Positions 14,011-27,866 of a stretch of 64,000 nucleotides of DNA are shown here, piece by piece. The stretch is taken from NCBI GenBank assembly GCA_964304625.1, contig OZ199839.1, positions 4,916,837-4,980,836 on the forward strand, in the 5' to 3' direction. Source of the DNA: Kudoa neothunni. Lineage: Eukaryota > Animalia > Cnidaria. The notes under the pieces were generated by a model. It worked only from the letters and a program-made list of their open reading frames with translations. It did no database searches and was not told where the DNA came from. The position numbers and the translations under genes are program-made. Numbering within the stretch: position 1 is the stretch's first letter; each line of letters begins with the position of its first letter.

Positions 14011-14529
14011 AATAAAAAGTACACTTTATTAAGTTACATTAAACTCATATTCTTAAAAGTGAATCTGATAATGAACTGATTTAGGTTAGACATATTATGA
14101 TATTTCTTTATCGTCAATAAATATTTGAATTTTTTCGGTCCGGCACATCACAGCAATGATACTTGAATGAGCTGTGCCGAGGACAGATAGCCAATGGCGT
14201 CGTGTCTGGACTTAACACCCGGAAGTACTTGATTCGATAACTACTGCTGATCAGTCTACTGTTTCTGTACGGGTGTGTCTTTATCCTGTGAAGCAGAGTT
14301 TTCCCCATTGTAGTGTAGAATATGAATTGATGAGAGCAACGATTATTTTTGAGATGACTCTGATAAAACTTTAAACGATAATATACTTCGAAACCAATAC
14401 AAAAACAGGTCATATGTAATTTTTCTTGATCTTTAGTTGACAAATATTTATTTTTAAACAAAAAAACTGCAAAAATAGTTTATAGATTTTAATATAATTC
14501 AGATTCAGACAACGTCAGGTCTTATTCAA

Positions 14530-16728
14530 CCCTCCGATGATTTGGGGGTAGAATCTACCCCAATGCGATTTTAAAATTCATATATCTCCTTATGTTGGAA
14601 ATTTTTAAGTTTCAGATTTTATGCATTCCTATAACATATATTTCTTTTTAATTTTAGACTGAAATAATTTTTAAATATTTTATATTAGCAAATTTATTGC
14701 TTGTTTATCTTCTAAAGTACTTTGGGGTAGAAATTACCCCATCCATTTTTTTACGTTTAAATTGTTAAAAAAATCAAAAAACTTTTTTAATTCATGTATA
14801 TAATGTTTTTATAAGCATAACTGAAATAAATTTAGACATCTCACGACAGGTAATTGTGACTTAATCTGCTCCATCAATAATTCATTACAAGTCTGCATGT
14901 CGTAATTTTATATTATGGTTAGATTCATCCAAGTCATCAAATATAGCTTTCAGCGCAAAAACATTAAGTTTGAGGAATATTTATTAAGAACAATCTAAAC
15001 AGCTGTTTGAAGAATGTATTGGACGATAAAATTTGTAGCATTTATGACACCATCTTGTAGTTTTTTATCATTTTTTCGAGGACAAAACTCACATCGTGCA
15101 TTTTTTATGTTTACGGATGGTTCCATGTGGGACATGTTTGTTTTATTGAAGTTTCTTTTTGCAGGGATATTGGTAGAATGTTTGGCCAATAACGGTTTAT
15201 ACAGTTGCTCTGCAATCTCTCGTAGGAAGGTTCGTCCATTATTCGATTCACCAAATATTTCTTTATACAATACAAAGGCATTCACCAATGATAAGTCGAC
15301 TATGTTAAAGAATACGACTAGGGGCCATCTCCTTGTAAATCGATGAATAGAAACCGATGCGAGCATCCTGTCGATATTAACTACGCCGCCCTTAGTTTTA
15401 TTATAATCCAATGTTAATTGAGGTTTGAACTTAAGTTATTCTCCAGAAACAGAGTTAGCTTGCGTACCGGAAGTTAGAAGAATCACAGATTTGCCTTTTT
15501 TGTCACATATGATAACAGCGTATATTCATCGTGAAACGAAAAAATGATGGATTAAAGAGGCCTTTTTCTTGAAGGTTGAAGACAAGATGGTATCTATTTT
15601 TTGTTTTTTCTCATTGTTCCCAAAAAAGTCAACATACTTTCCAACAATTTCTTCGCGAGAGACATCGATGAGAATAAATTATCAGCTACAACATTTCGGT
15701 CAGAATCAAACAAATGAGTTGTAAGGTTGAGTACAATGTTTTCTCCTATGTTAGTTTGTCTGTTCGTCTCAGAATTATTCTTTCCCAAGTAAACGCTGGC
15801 ATTACAAACGTAATTGGCGATTGGATCAATCAGTAGAAAAGATTTCATACCATATCTTGCCGACATCATGGGCATATACTGGCAGAAAGGAAATCTTCCC
15901 CAGAACGGAATCAATTGTTCATCGACAGTAACACCCTCGTTCGAAATAAAACAGTTAGGTAGCACGTCAACCCACCTCTCCCATATATCACGAATAGCAC
16001 AGAATTTGTCCAACCTTTTACATTCATCGCGTGTATTAAAGTCATCGAAATGCAGTGCTAGGGGAATATGTTGGAAGCGCCGAAGTAAAAACAATTGCTG
16101 ATAGATTTCTCTTCCTTCTGGCTGAATAACTCATTTATATGTTCCTCTATCCTTATGGGTGGCCATGAGGATTAACAATCCTAAATATCCCCTAATTTCT
16201 ACCAAATCAAGATCGTACCATTGGCCGCCGAAATGATGTTTTCCAAACATATTTTTAAACAAAACGATTTCGTTGCTGGTTTCATCATTCGAAAATATCA
16301 GAAAAAAAGCCAACATGTTTTCTATTTTTGTTTGAGAATAGGCAATTGATACATTTTATTCTTCGAACCTCTCTTTGTTGGACGAGTCTTTGAAGCACCC
16401 CATTGAATACCATCTTTACTCGCAAGAACATCAATACAAACGTCAATTATTTCCATTTAGTCTTAAAATTCTTCATCTTCGGAAATGTGACCTTCACACC
16501 CACTTTCCGAAGAATAGAATTCACCGCACAAATCATCCGAGCCGCTCACCGAAAAAAACACGCGTTCGCGCCTGCCTCAACAATAAATATGCCATTTTAT
16601 CGTGGGGTTTAAACTAAATTTGCGGTTGGATATTTTTTAGATTATAGTTTTGAAAACTCTGTAATATGCTTCGTATTTTTTACTCCGAAGTACTTTACAA
16701 GTACATAATTTTTATGATCATCAGAGGG
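14530..16728 (-). mobile_element. piggyBac element, degraded transposase
   Basis: TIR CCCTCYGATGAT with TCAA/TTAA flanks; motifs VTVDEQLIPF, VVADNLFSS, YNKTKGGV, RRWPL and a Cys-rich tail. Confidence 0.9.
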
Positions 16729-16961
16729 TTAAAACTCCCCCTAAAATATCGGTAGGTCTTATTTTCGAGGGGAACACTGTAATTGTATTTGATGAGGATT
16801 TTTAAAAGTATGTGAGAATGCAACTAATAAAAGCAACGAACATTATACCATGTGATGGATACTAAAATTTTTATAATGTATTTAATTTAATATAAGTATC
16901 GAAAAATTTTATGACCAGAATTCTTCGAAAAAATTTGAATTGAAAATAAAGTGATTGGTGA

Positions 16962-19900
16962 CTAATTTTTTCTCAAGAATTGCTCCCAGAACCCACCGAG
17001 TTCTTTGCCTTGATGAATCACTCTCATGGGTATATTCAGCCTGTTATTTCTTTGTAAATAGACCTTAGAGAAAAATAATAGATACGACCCCATGGAAATA
17101 AAAATTAATACATGTCCGTAAACAACCGAAAGATTTTTCTCGTCGTCGGATGCTCTCTTGCCAATCCAAATATAACATATATTGACGCCGTCGAAAAGAA
17201 ACACTAAATCATGTCAACTGTAAGCTAAGGAAACAATGAAATCTGAGATTACCATCATTACCATCTAGGCTAGACTTTTTGAAAGGTCCTGAGCCCATAT
17301 ACGTGAACTCAATTCGACCAGATGCGTCACTGAGTTTATAGAGAGAAGGTTTCAGGTTTATTGCTTGATCAGATTCCTTAATTTTTTTCTAAACAGAAAT
17401 AAACTCCTTTTATTGTAGCGTAATATTACCAGAGTAGCTTTGTTTTCCCTGGGCATTTCATTAACTACGGGGTGTTGAAATCCATTTGTTCCTTCCGCTA
17501 AGAAATAGAAATTTTTCTCTAAATGCGAAACAAATTGTACCAATAGTTTCCACTGCTAATCTGTTATTGTTTTCCTAAAAAATTGTAAAAAATTTGTTTA
17601 ACATTCTAAAGGATTTTTATTTGAATAATTTGAAAAAGTTTAAACCATCTCGTTTTAATTATATAATGCATGGAGTAGACAATGTCCGTACTTTCATTTG
17701 AGTTATGGCTTCCATAGCCCTCGTTTTCTCTGCAAGGTTTGAATCTTTGCCATTCAACTTTAAAGTAAGTGATCTTAGACTAATAACAGATATAATTATC
17801 ACATTACTTGATAGACATTGTCCCCAATTTGCAAAATAAAAACATCTTCCGAATTCAAATTTTCGTATCTATAAGATACTTCGACGATTTTGACAGTTTT
17901 CTAAAGAAAATTCAAAAAATATATAATCAAAGGAATATAATACCCTGACTCCTGACACATGCAAAAGTCGTTTAACATTGGACGTGGGGATGGCTTTATC
18001 GTCTCGTGTATTGCTCACGGGATCATATCTGAAAGATAATTAGATTGAAACATTTCTACCGATAAGATACCCCCCTTTCAGGATGGACAATTTCGTAAAT
18101 AATTCCAAAAATTCTTCCGTTTCATTACCTTGTGTTTCACGATACTGATTAGCACAGCCATTCAACTAACCGAAAATAACAAACTATACGATTACATTTT
18201 TATTACGATAGTTTTGTCCAACTCAGTTGCTTTTATTGCAACAGTAGTGTACTCGTCCACTGTGGAATATTTTCCAATCCACATGTAAATGTTGTAGATT
18301 ATTTCCTAACAGTTATTCATTACATTTATACAAAACTAGAAAACACATTAATCAAAAGAGATTAAAGATTGTATTACAGTCAAACTTCGATTATCCGGAA
18401 ACCGGAAGAATTATTTAATAATATTTCCGGATAAAAGTTGCATCCATCACCGTACGACATATACAATGTAGCATATATTCCAGTGCTATATTTAAAACTA
18501 AAATATTTCTAGGTTAATGATTTAATAATTTTTCTTTTAAAACTTAAGTTATACCTTTTGTTCTTATATAAATCTGTATTATATTTTAACATTTGCTCGC
18601 ATGCATTTAAACAAACATTTCGCGATGCGCGATTATACTATCATCTGGTTATGTACGCTAAGAAACGCTCCAAAGTTGTTCGCAAACCTTGCGAAAAAGC
18701 TTTTATCTGTAAATGAAAGATAAGGAACCTTAGTGTGACCCTATTAGATTTGTCAAATGCCTTTTTTAAAGAGAGGGGGATCTATACTAGCGACTAGCAC
18801 TATTGGAGATATAGTGCGGGATACCGAAAAGTGGATTGCTTCTCAAAACTCAAACAGATTGACATCCAAGGAGGGAAAACACGATAACTTGGAGAAAGCC
18901 CTTTATACGTGGGTAGCACAAATGAATGCACATAACGTGTGTACAAACGGCTCTATAATCATCGGGATGGCTTGAAAAATTCAAAAAGCGGTATCAAATA
19001 AAGTCAAAAACTTTACATGGCGAATCCGGCTCAGTAACTATTGAAGATATTCAAAAAGCCATCAACGAACTTAAAATCGCCCTGCGAAATTATTCTTTGC
19101 AGAATATTTACAATGCCGATGAGACTGGCTTATTTTATCGCCTTGGCCCCAATAAGACGTTGTCTAATTTTCGTCGGTCAGGTACGAAGAATTCAAAAGA
19201 AAAAATTTCAATTTTATTTTGCGTAAACGCATTGGGAACTCATAAGTTGAAGCCATTGATTGTCGGTAAATCTATTAAGCCCAAATGTTTCAAGAATTTT
19301 GACCCCTCACGTTACGTGACTTATACGTCCAATAAAAGGCCTGGATGACATCAATCACATTTGAAAATTTTCTTAAGAATTTCAATTCAATGATGAAAGC
19401 AGAAAATAGAAATATTCTACTGTTACTTGATAATGCGACTAGCCACAAAAAAAGTGAATATTCGAATATCCTGATATTAATGATTCCTCCAAACCCAACT
19501 TCCCATTTACAACCTCTTGGTGCGGGCATAATCAGATCATTCAAGTCAAATTATAGAAAACTCGTAACTTCAAAATACGTCGACCAGGTAGGATCTGGTG
19601 ATACTCTTCGTATTGATCTGAAGGATGCGATAAGATTCATGAGTGAATCTTGGGACAATGTTACACAAAGTATCATCCAAAATTGTTGGAATCACACCGG
19701 CATACTTTCTGATGAAATCACTATCTCTGAAAGAGACTGCGATGATAACTCATTAGACGAGCTTTGAAAAAAAACACCCGGATGTTGTTATCGAAATGTG
19801 GAAGAATATGTGAATTGTGATTTCGAACTTGAAACTGGAGAGTTTATCAATGATAACGATATTCTGGAAATTCTCAACGTAAGTGAATCTGAATCCTCCG

Positions 19901-20942
19901 AAAATTCAGAAGATGAAATCAGGGTCATTCGGGATCAAGATGCAATGACTGCTATCTCAACTATTATTAAATACATTGAACAGCCAAATATTCATGATAT
20001 GAATGGAGAGGTCAAATTAAAAGATGTTCTATTAACATCACTTACACGTCTTAAAAGAATAATTGAACAAAATCCTCAAGGTAAATTAAACAAGCATTAA
20101 TTACCGATTGTTTAAAAAGTTAGACTACTCCTCTTTGGATATATTTCTCTCCCATAATTGTATACTGTTTTTTCTTTTAAGCCTCCCAATTCGTGGTTAA
20201 TAGATATGCCAATATTTTTAATTCGGATTTTAGAAATTAAATTATTTTACTTAATAAATTTTTTTTTTTTTTATGAAATCAAGTAAGCAATCCGTTAAGT
20301 GGAAATTTTTAAACCCGCGCGCGCATGATACATTGGTTAGGTTCGACTAACCAGGACCTCGATATCCGGAAAGAAAATCGCCGGTCCCGAATTTTCCGGA
20401 TAATCGAGGTTTGACTGCATTTAAACCAGACGGAGTTAAACTGAATAGTTGTGCAATCTAGATCGAATATAATCTTTAATTTTCAAACCAAACAACATAT
20501 TTACAATGATTATTAATATAAACAATTAATTTTAAAATGATCGGTATTATAATTAATAATAAAATGTCTTAAAGAAGAAACATACTCCATTTTCATTTTG
20601 TTGAACTTTCAGAATCAGATAAGAATCTCCGTCGTAAAAGTAGCCATATTGGGAAGGGTCCACAGGCTCTAACTAAAATATTTGGATAGAATACAACACC
20701 ACATTAATATAATACTTTCAATTTGTTTATTCGCCAAATGTTCAGAGCTCCAACTTGACGTTTAATATTTTCGATGCTGGCTCAACGTATCTTTTTCTTA
20801 AGGTGCTTTTAATAGACCTCTACAATAGCATCGTAAATTCCATGCTTGATAACACAATCAACACTTTCAATTTTTCTATTTGAACAGCTGGATTTTCTGC
20901 AGCGGCGGTTGCAAACTTACTTCTTTTTTTCTTATGTAGCAT
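16962..20942 (-). pseudogene. Gelsolin/severin-like copy B, apparent 1-bp frameshift, pogo element in an intron
   Basis: Colinear paralog of 9615-11558. TTTCGATGCTGG versus TTTCGAACGCTGG in copy A (1-bp deletion near 20774); 2 kb insertion in the long intron. Confidence 0.7.
18377..20417 (+). mobile_element. pogo/Tigger-like element
   Basis: TIR CAGTCAAACYTCGATTATCCGGAAA; CENP-B-type HTH remnants, IYNADETGLF, LLLDNATSH and LQPLG (third catalytic D lost); frameshifted. Confidence 0.9.
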
Positions 20943-21533
20943 TTTTGAGCCTATTACTTATTTGCTTAAAATATTAGGTAGGGGATTCGAAGATTAAATA
21001 ATGAGATTTTTACTTAAGATTAGATCTGTTTTCCTAATCCTCTCAGTGAAAACTACATATATCACTGATACACATTAGTTTGTTCCAATGAAATTCTTAA
21101 GCTTTATTTTCAGTCCATCGCCGATAAATTTCATGACTATTTATGCTAAGGTGAGCCAAAGATGATCTCGGATTGAATAAATTTTAAGCTAATTAAATTT
21201 TTATATATACAAAAAATTTTGTAATTTAAAAAATTTCAACAAAATTATTGCATTCGGTGTTTAATTGAATCATAAGTTATGCATCCAATACTCCAAATAT
21301 CGGAATCCTCAATAATTTTAATTGAACGAATCAGGTAACAACTACGCGTGATACTTGCGTATTAACAAAGGTGATTTGCCAGTAATAATGTGAAGATGAT
21401 ATACCAAGGCAGATCCTGAATTTTATTTTATCAGCTTTATCGGTAATAATATACCTCCTGACTTAATAAATTCACCATGATCCAGTACCTATTTCGATTT
21501 AATTTTTTTACGACAGTTGTATATATTAAAAAA

Positions 21534-23794
21534 GGTAATGGTAATGGAGCCGGCTACTTGATCTTAACCTCTAAACTTCATTTATTTTCGACGATTCTTT
21601 CACGATAATTTTTTTACAATTTTAAATATTTGGCAGTGTAGCTCAATTCTCAAAAAATTAAATTATAAGTTTTAAGAAATCTTCAGATTAATCCCTAGTC
21701 GTGTTATTTAAGTCTGTATTTTATTAGGATTTAAATTGTTACTTCCTATTTGTATCATGTATACTTCATAGTTATACGCTTTTTATTGCCCATAATGAAT
21801 CGAATGTTTTTCCCCACGATCAGGTGGAATAATTCGCGTCAATAGTAGAAAATATCAGAGGTAATAACGTAGGATGTGGCACCTCGAAAATACGCTTCTG
21901 CGCATTGTTTTTTTCGTCGATTCTTAGATGATTGTTTTAATAAAATAAATTAATACCGAGAGAAAGAATTCAGATAATTATAATATCTAACTTTGTTATA
22001 AAATCCCCAATACAACACCATCGGTACACGTGAAATCTTCATTAAATTCTACATTATTATACGCCTTAATAGCATTTTTGGGATGGGTCGTTCCACAATT
22101 ATACGACTCAAACGTTTAATTAAATCTTACACATCTTATTATAAATTATCTTCTCTATCATAATTGTTATACCGACTATGAACCTTTTAAAGAAAAAATT
22201 ATAGTAAATTATCGCTTTTGAAAGTTTATGTATTTTTTTGGTTAATTTATTTGAATCATAAAAAAAGTTATAATCATTTTAACATTAAATTTTTAAAGAA
22301 AAACTCTTAACGAAAGTTAATTATACAGAATAAAAGAAGCAACGTAAATAGGAATTTAGTAATATAGTATTAAATATATAATACAATCTTTCCTTCTTTT
22401 TTTTAAATATATACGGTCCTTTAATTTGATGTTCAATCTTTTTTCATTTTTATAAAACTAATAATTATATTTTAAGCTTTAGATGCTATAATGTAATTAA
22501 TCCTTTAGGAAAATCTATAAATAAAGATATTTTTTTATTTTACCGGTCGGTTTAACATTATATTATGTAAAATTTAACATTAATTATTTGTTTAATTCTT
22601 TTGTTTGGGCTGTCTTTCGAAAATCTCGCTTTAAATACCGGCCTCGATTATTTTTGCGCTTCCTGCGAAGAAGCGTCTCATCAATCTCAATAACATACCC
22701 TTTGTCACCAGATGGTTTTTGTGATCAAATTAATATTTTCGGAGGCAAATAAAATAGTTTTATCCATGCTCCAATTGTAAATAATTTTATATATTTTATT
22801 CACCGTTATGTTTGGGGAGGGATGAAACAAATTCAAACCTGAAAAGAAAGTTTCACTTCGTGGAGATACCCTAGTTTTACATCTTCGAATTTCGAGACTA
22901 GTATTTAGGTATAAAACAATTACTTTTTAAAATAATAACTGAATGAATAATCCATACCATTCCTTTTATGAGATTTAATTTTAGGTATTGGCCCTTGGAC
23001 GTTCAAATTCCTGTTGGTGAGGGAAAAACAATTGAATTTGTAACATTTGTTACACCTAAAATGAAGATGAAGCAGATACTATTTCCTTACAAGTATATTA
23101 AACAATTTAATTGGATTATTAATCGATAAAAAATCGCCATCGTTAATAAAATTCACAGAACTCATTTTCTCCAGCGCGCGAGAAATTTGATAAACTACTC
23201 GCTTAAATATTTTATATTTTGTTATTCAAATCAAACAATTCCTTCCAAAAATGCTATTAAGGCGTATAATAAATGTAGAATTTAATGAAGATTTCACGTG
23301 TACCGATGGTGTTGTATTGGGGATTTTATAACAAAGTTAGATATTATAATTATCTGAATTCTTTCTCTCGGTATTAATTTATTTTATTAAAACAATCATC
23401 TAAGAATCGACGAAAAAAACAATGCGCAGAAGCGTATTTTCGAGGTGCCACATCCTACGTTATTACCTCTGATATTTTCTACTATTGACGCGAATTATTC
23501 CACCTGATCGTGGGGAAAAACATTCGATTCATTATGGGCAATAAAAAGCGTATAACTATGAAGTATACATGATACAAATAGGAAGTAACAATTTAAATCC
23601 TAATAAAATACAGACTTAAATAACACGACTAGGGGATTAATCTGAAGATTTCTTAAAACTTATAATTTAATTTTTTGAGAATTGAGCTACACTGCCAAAT
23701 ATTTAAAATTGTAAAAAAATTATCGTGAAAGAATCGTCGAAAATAAATGAAGTTCAGAGGTTAAGATCACGTAGCCGACTCCATTACCATTACC
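21534..23794 (-). mobile_element. Merlin-derived foldback element with ~550 bp inverted arms
   Basis: Arms 21534-22081 and 23245-23794 are nearly identical and begin GGTAATGG. The spacer encodes RCNKC..CKTRVSPRSETFF and GDKGYVIEIDETLLRRKRKNNRGR on the minus strand. Confidence 0.75.
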
Positions 23795-24099
23795 AACATA
23801 ATCTTTAATGGTGTGGCTTTAAATTTTTTATATTTACTCCAAATATTTTATTGCTTTGTATTTTTTATTTATTATAAGCATATTATGATGATTTATATCA
23901 ACCATACATACAAATCAAATAGTAAGCGTGCGCGATTTTAAAGTCAATTTCAGGGGAAATGATGCGTATTACCCCACAATGCGTTTAAATTACAATAGTT
24001 TATTGATTTTTTATCTGGGAATTATTTTTCAGATGTAAAAACTCAACCAAATTAAGTTTATTAACGTCAACTTAAGTAATGTGTTCAATAAGCAATAAA

Positions 24100-24612
24100 T
24101 TCTATATGAAAAAGCAAAAGTACGTATTACCCGTCACCCACTGCATAAAATATGCAGGTATGACAAATGAAAAAATATACCTCGTTATTGCTGGTAAAAC
24201 AAAGCGGTTTCATCTATATTATAGATACAATCATCATTTTATCTTTCACATAAGTTTTTAAGTTGAAAAAGCCACTCATAACCTGTACATGGGTCAATGT
24301 CAGCCACTTCGCCATGGGAATTCATTTTGTTGAGATTAAATCTCGATTTAAATCACCGAAACCAACCGTATGTTGCATTTGGTGGTAAATTCTTTTCTCT
24401 GGCAATTTCGTTTCTTTTATCAATGATGTCGGTGGCAGTTAATTCAATTTTTTGGATCGCATCCAGCATATCCAATTATAGACACATTCACCGAGGGAAA
24501 TATTGGTGCCATCATTTAGATTTTTCCTATTTTTACAAACCAATCCTCCCTCAAAAATTTCTATAATTTTCTCTTCATTTTTTAAAATATAATTAAGAGT
24601 GGATATTGTTGA
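24100..24612 (-). mobile_element. pogo/Tigger remnant interrupted by an ITm element
   Basis: ATYGWFR*FKSRFNL..HGE (CENP-B HTH-like) and IYNIDETAF in different frames. Confidence 0.6.
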
Positions 24613-24614
24613 TA

Positions 24615-25860
24615 CCGGGTTTTGCATCCAAATCCGGACATTATTTGTTGTTGGATATCTAACGTATTAATGTCTTCTTTTGTTAATTCTAACGTATGAT
24701 TAAATATAAAAGGCTTGATAATTATATCAATTTAAAAAAATACGCGTCGCCAAATGTTAAAATGCAAAAATAGAAAAAACAGTATTTCAGTTGAACAATA
24801 AATAACTATATTGATTTCAATCGCGTCCAATATCTTGGTAAGTATGACATCTTCCTAAGAATGTTTCGGCGTGCTGGAAATAATTTTTTAAATTTCGCTC
24901 CGTTACATTATTTGTGGAATTTTTCATCCTTTCCAGTAATTCGTTGGTTCCAGACAAGGGTCCAGTTCTTCTCACGTTATTTTTTATTTGTGAGAATACC
25001 TCCTCGCATGGGTTTAAAAAGGGCGAATATCTTGGGAGATAATGAATTTCATATGGATATTCATCACAGAATTCGGCATTCGTGTGATGGAACCTAACGT
25101 TATCCATCACAATGATGAAATCACCTTCCCCTAAAATATTCTTGAGTTACTCAATAACTCTTGAAAAACTGTGGTTGACACCGCCGAGTACAGCCTCGCA
25201 GCTTACCACGTTTATTGCGTTAACAGCGAGTATCATGGTGGTGTTTCTCCCCCTGCTATTTTGCACCACCGGGTTAGGTGTCGTTCCAAAACGCGAACGT
25301 CCATGAGAGCGTAATAAATGTAACGAGAAGGGGCTCTCATCCACAAACATCAAATTTTTATAGCGCACATAAAGAGGCAGGCTCGTATGCCAATTGGCAC
25401 AAATGTTGCGTTCTGATTTAACCTCGGCGCTACTTCTGCTTCTAGGTACAGGACGCGTCATTTTATAGGATATATTTAAGGCGTTTAGCCATCTCCAAAC
25501 GGTTGATCTGTGTACCCTCAGACTTAATTTTTCTATGATCGATTGCAATGTTATGTTACAATCATCATTAATTAAGTCTAATACACTTTTCTTTAAATCC
25601 TCCGTCAAAGTAATATTTCTAGCGCCCCCTTTGGGGGCTTTCAAAACCCTTTCTTCAACATTATAGGCTTTTATCATATCACTCACCGTCGAGCGTGGAA
25701 CATTTAGATCTCTGGCGGCCTGTGCCTGGGATTTACCTTTAAAAATCACGGCGTCGATTACCATCTCTCGTCTCTCGTTACTACGTTCAGTTCTACCAGG
25801 CATTGCTTCAATAATATTCAAACAACGTGGAGCAACAAACGAGGTTATTTACGGTAAATA
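24615..25860 (-). mobile_element. ITm element with DD32E transposase (one frameshift, 5' TIR lost)
   Basis: TA-CCGGGTTTTGC terminus; HTH (KSQAQAARDLNVPRSTVS), FVDESPF and MDNVRFH..LPRYSPFLNPCEE. Confidence 0.9.
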
Positions 25861-25883
25861 TATGCAGTTATCATATGTGGCAA

Positions 25884-26238
25884 AAAAGGTAAATCTACGA
25901 TTCTTCAAACTTCCGGCACGCATGATAACTCTGTTTCTGAAGAATATCTTAAGTTCAAACCTCAATTAATATTGGATTATAATAAAACTAAGGGCGGCGT
26001 AGTTAATATCGACAGGATGCTCGCATATCGGTTTCTGTTCATCGATTTACAAGGAGATGGCCATAGTCGTATTCTTTAACATAGTCGACTTATCATTGGT
26101 GAATGCCTTTGTATTGTATAAAGAAATATTTGGTGAATCGAATAATGGACGAACCTTCCTACGAGAGATTGCAGAGCAACTGTATAAACCGTTATTGGCC
26201 AAACATTCTACCAATATACCTGCAAAAAGAAACTTCAA
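25884..26238 (+). repeat. Inverted internal fragment of the 14530-16728 piggyBac
   Basis: Near-identical to the reverse complement of ~15148-15500; encodes the same VVFFNIVDLSLVNAF peptide. Confidence 0.85.
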
Positions 26239-26424
26239 AATTTCCAACATAAGGAGATATATGAATTTTAATCAACACTCATCTACTAAAGTAATGTATT
26301 GATAGTCTTCAAGTAAGTCAACACAATTTCGCGTGCGCGAGCGCATTCGAATGTTGGGGGATTATACTCGCAGTTATTTGATTTCGGCAACTGATTATTA
26401 TAAAACTCAGAAAATAAATCAAAA

Positions 26425-27813
26425 TTAAAAAATCATTTTAAAAAAAGGAATTTTAGCGTACAAATATGAGAATAAAAAGGAATTAAGTGTCGACTTTTGC
26501 ATTAAGGGATCTCGATAGTTGAACTCACATTTGGATATCCTCTCGAGGATGGTTTTTGCGGGTGACTAATTTTAGAAATGAATGCACAAGGAAAAAAAAT
26601 CAACACACTTACAATCGACATAAAAAGTCGCTGGTTATATTTTGGAATTGTTGGTACAGCTGTTACACACTAAACCCAAATGAAAAATTTCATTTGTCAT
26701 CATAGGGATACATATTGGTAGGAATCTAGGGCAGCATCGTAGACATTACGTATCACATCTTTAGAGGCGCCATCCTGAGGATTATTTAAAAATTGATGAT
26801 GCGTAAGTTTGTGCTTGAACTAAAATCACAATTCGTGACAAAAACCTATCAGAATACCGTCTCCAAAAGTTCTAAAGGTATAATACATTTTTGAGATCTT
26901 GAGTAGAGGTGGATTGAACGTATCATATTGGTGAGAAAGATCAAAGAGGCCGCATTTTCAATAAATTTATCACTCGAATAGCAGGGCGGAAAAGACAAAT
27001 TCATTTCTAATTCAAATTTTCAAGCCTCTTTCTAGTTACATACTGTTAATTATCTACTTGTGAGGCTAATCATCACACGAAAATAATTTCCATGAGCGAT
27101 GTTTGCGTAATTGACAGCATCACTAATAGATTCGAATGGTACATGTTTGAGCAGGCTGAGCTATATGGAATTCAACTTACAGACTCCGACGTAACCATTT
27201 TGATTACTCTTATAGTGAACATGTGTTTAATTTTATTCAATATATCGGGTGTTATATTAAGTTGTCGAACAAGCTACATGACCGAAATAATAAATAACAT
27301 AAAAATTGCGAAAATGACTCCAGCACCTCTCCAACCACACAGATTGTAGGTTGTTTAGGTAGACGTTTCTAAAAATAGGTAGGATTCGAAATGAGAGAAT
27401 TTTAACAATGAAGCAGCCACCTTTTTCTGTACAAAATCTTCCAACGATTCGGTCCAAAACGAAGCGTGCGTTTCAGTGAATTTGTCATGAACTGTGTTCT
27501 TTTCAACAAACTATCATCTTAAATCAATTTATGCCAACACATTAACTCAAATACTAACGAAGACTCAATTGCATATGCTTTTAACGCAATAGCCAACACA
27601 TAATGAGGCTGCTCAAGCACTGAAACTGCCAAATAGCTCTCCATATCGTACTTCCTTAGTTAGTTGTTCAGATGAGGAATCTTAATTATCAACCTACTTT
27701 ACGAGCTCTTGGCAGTAACTGAAATTCTCTCCAAACGAAGCGGATAACTGCATAAACAAAAAACTTAGTGCCACTTTTACCCGAACACGTGACTACTTAT
27801 TTAAAAAGAACAT
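26425..27813 (-). CDS. NDUFAF6: Complex I assembly factor 6 (squalene/phytoene synthase fold), multi-exon
   Basis: Spliced peptide FSYCQELVKKYDMESYL..ALKAYAIE..FWTESLEDF..LPKQP..KDVIRNVYDAA..ILERISKCEFNYRDP is colinear with NDUFAF6. Start codon uncertain. Confidence 0.75.
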
Positions 27814-27866
27814 ACACGCGTGCCTGCGCAAAACAAACAAATAAAAAATCCCTCAAAAACTGTTCG

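Noticed and set aside
22700-23165. Apparent multi-intron host gene inside the inverted repeat
   Set aside because: The unspliced reading gives Merlin Zn-ribbon and IDE motifs, so it is a decayed transposase.
27790-27813. In-frame TAG at codon 7 of NDUFAF6, suggesting stop-codon reassignment or pseudogenisation
   Set aside because: A 33-bp GT-AG intron or a downstream ATG avoids it, and TAG terminates RPL9 and gelsolin normally.
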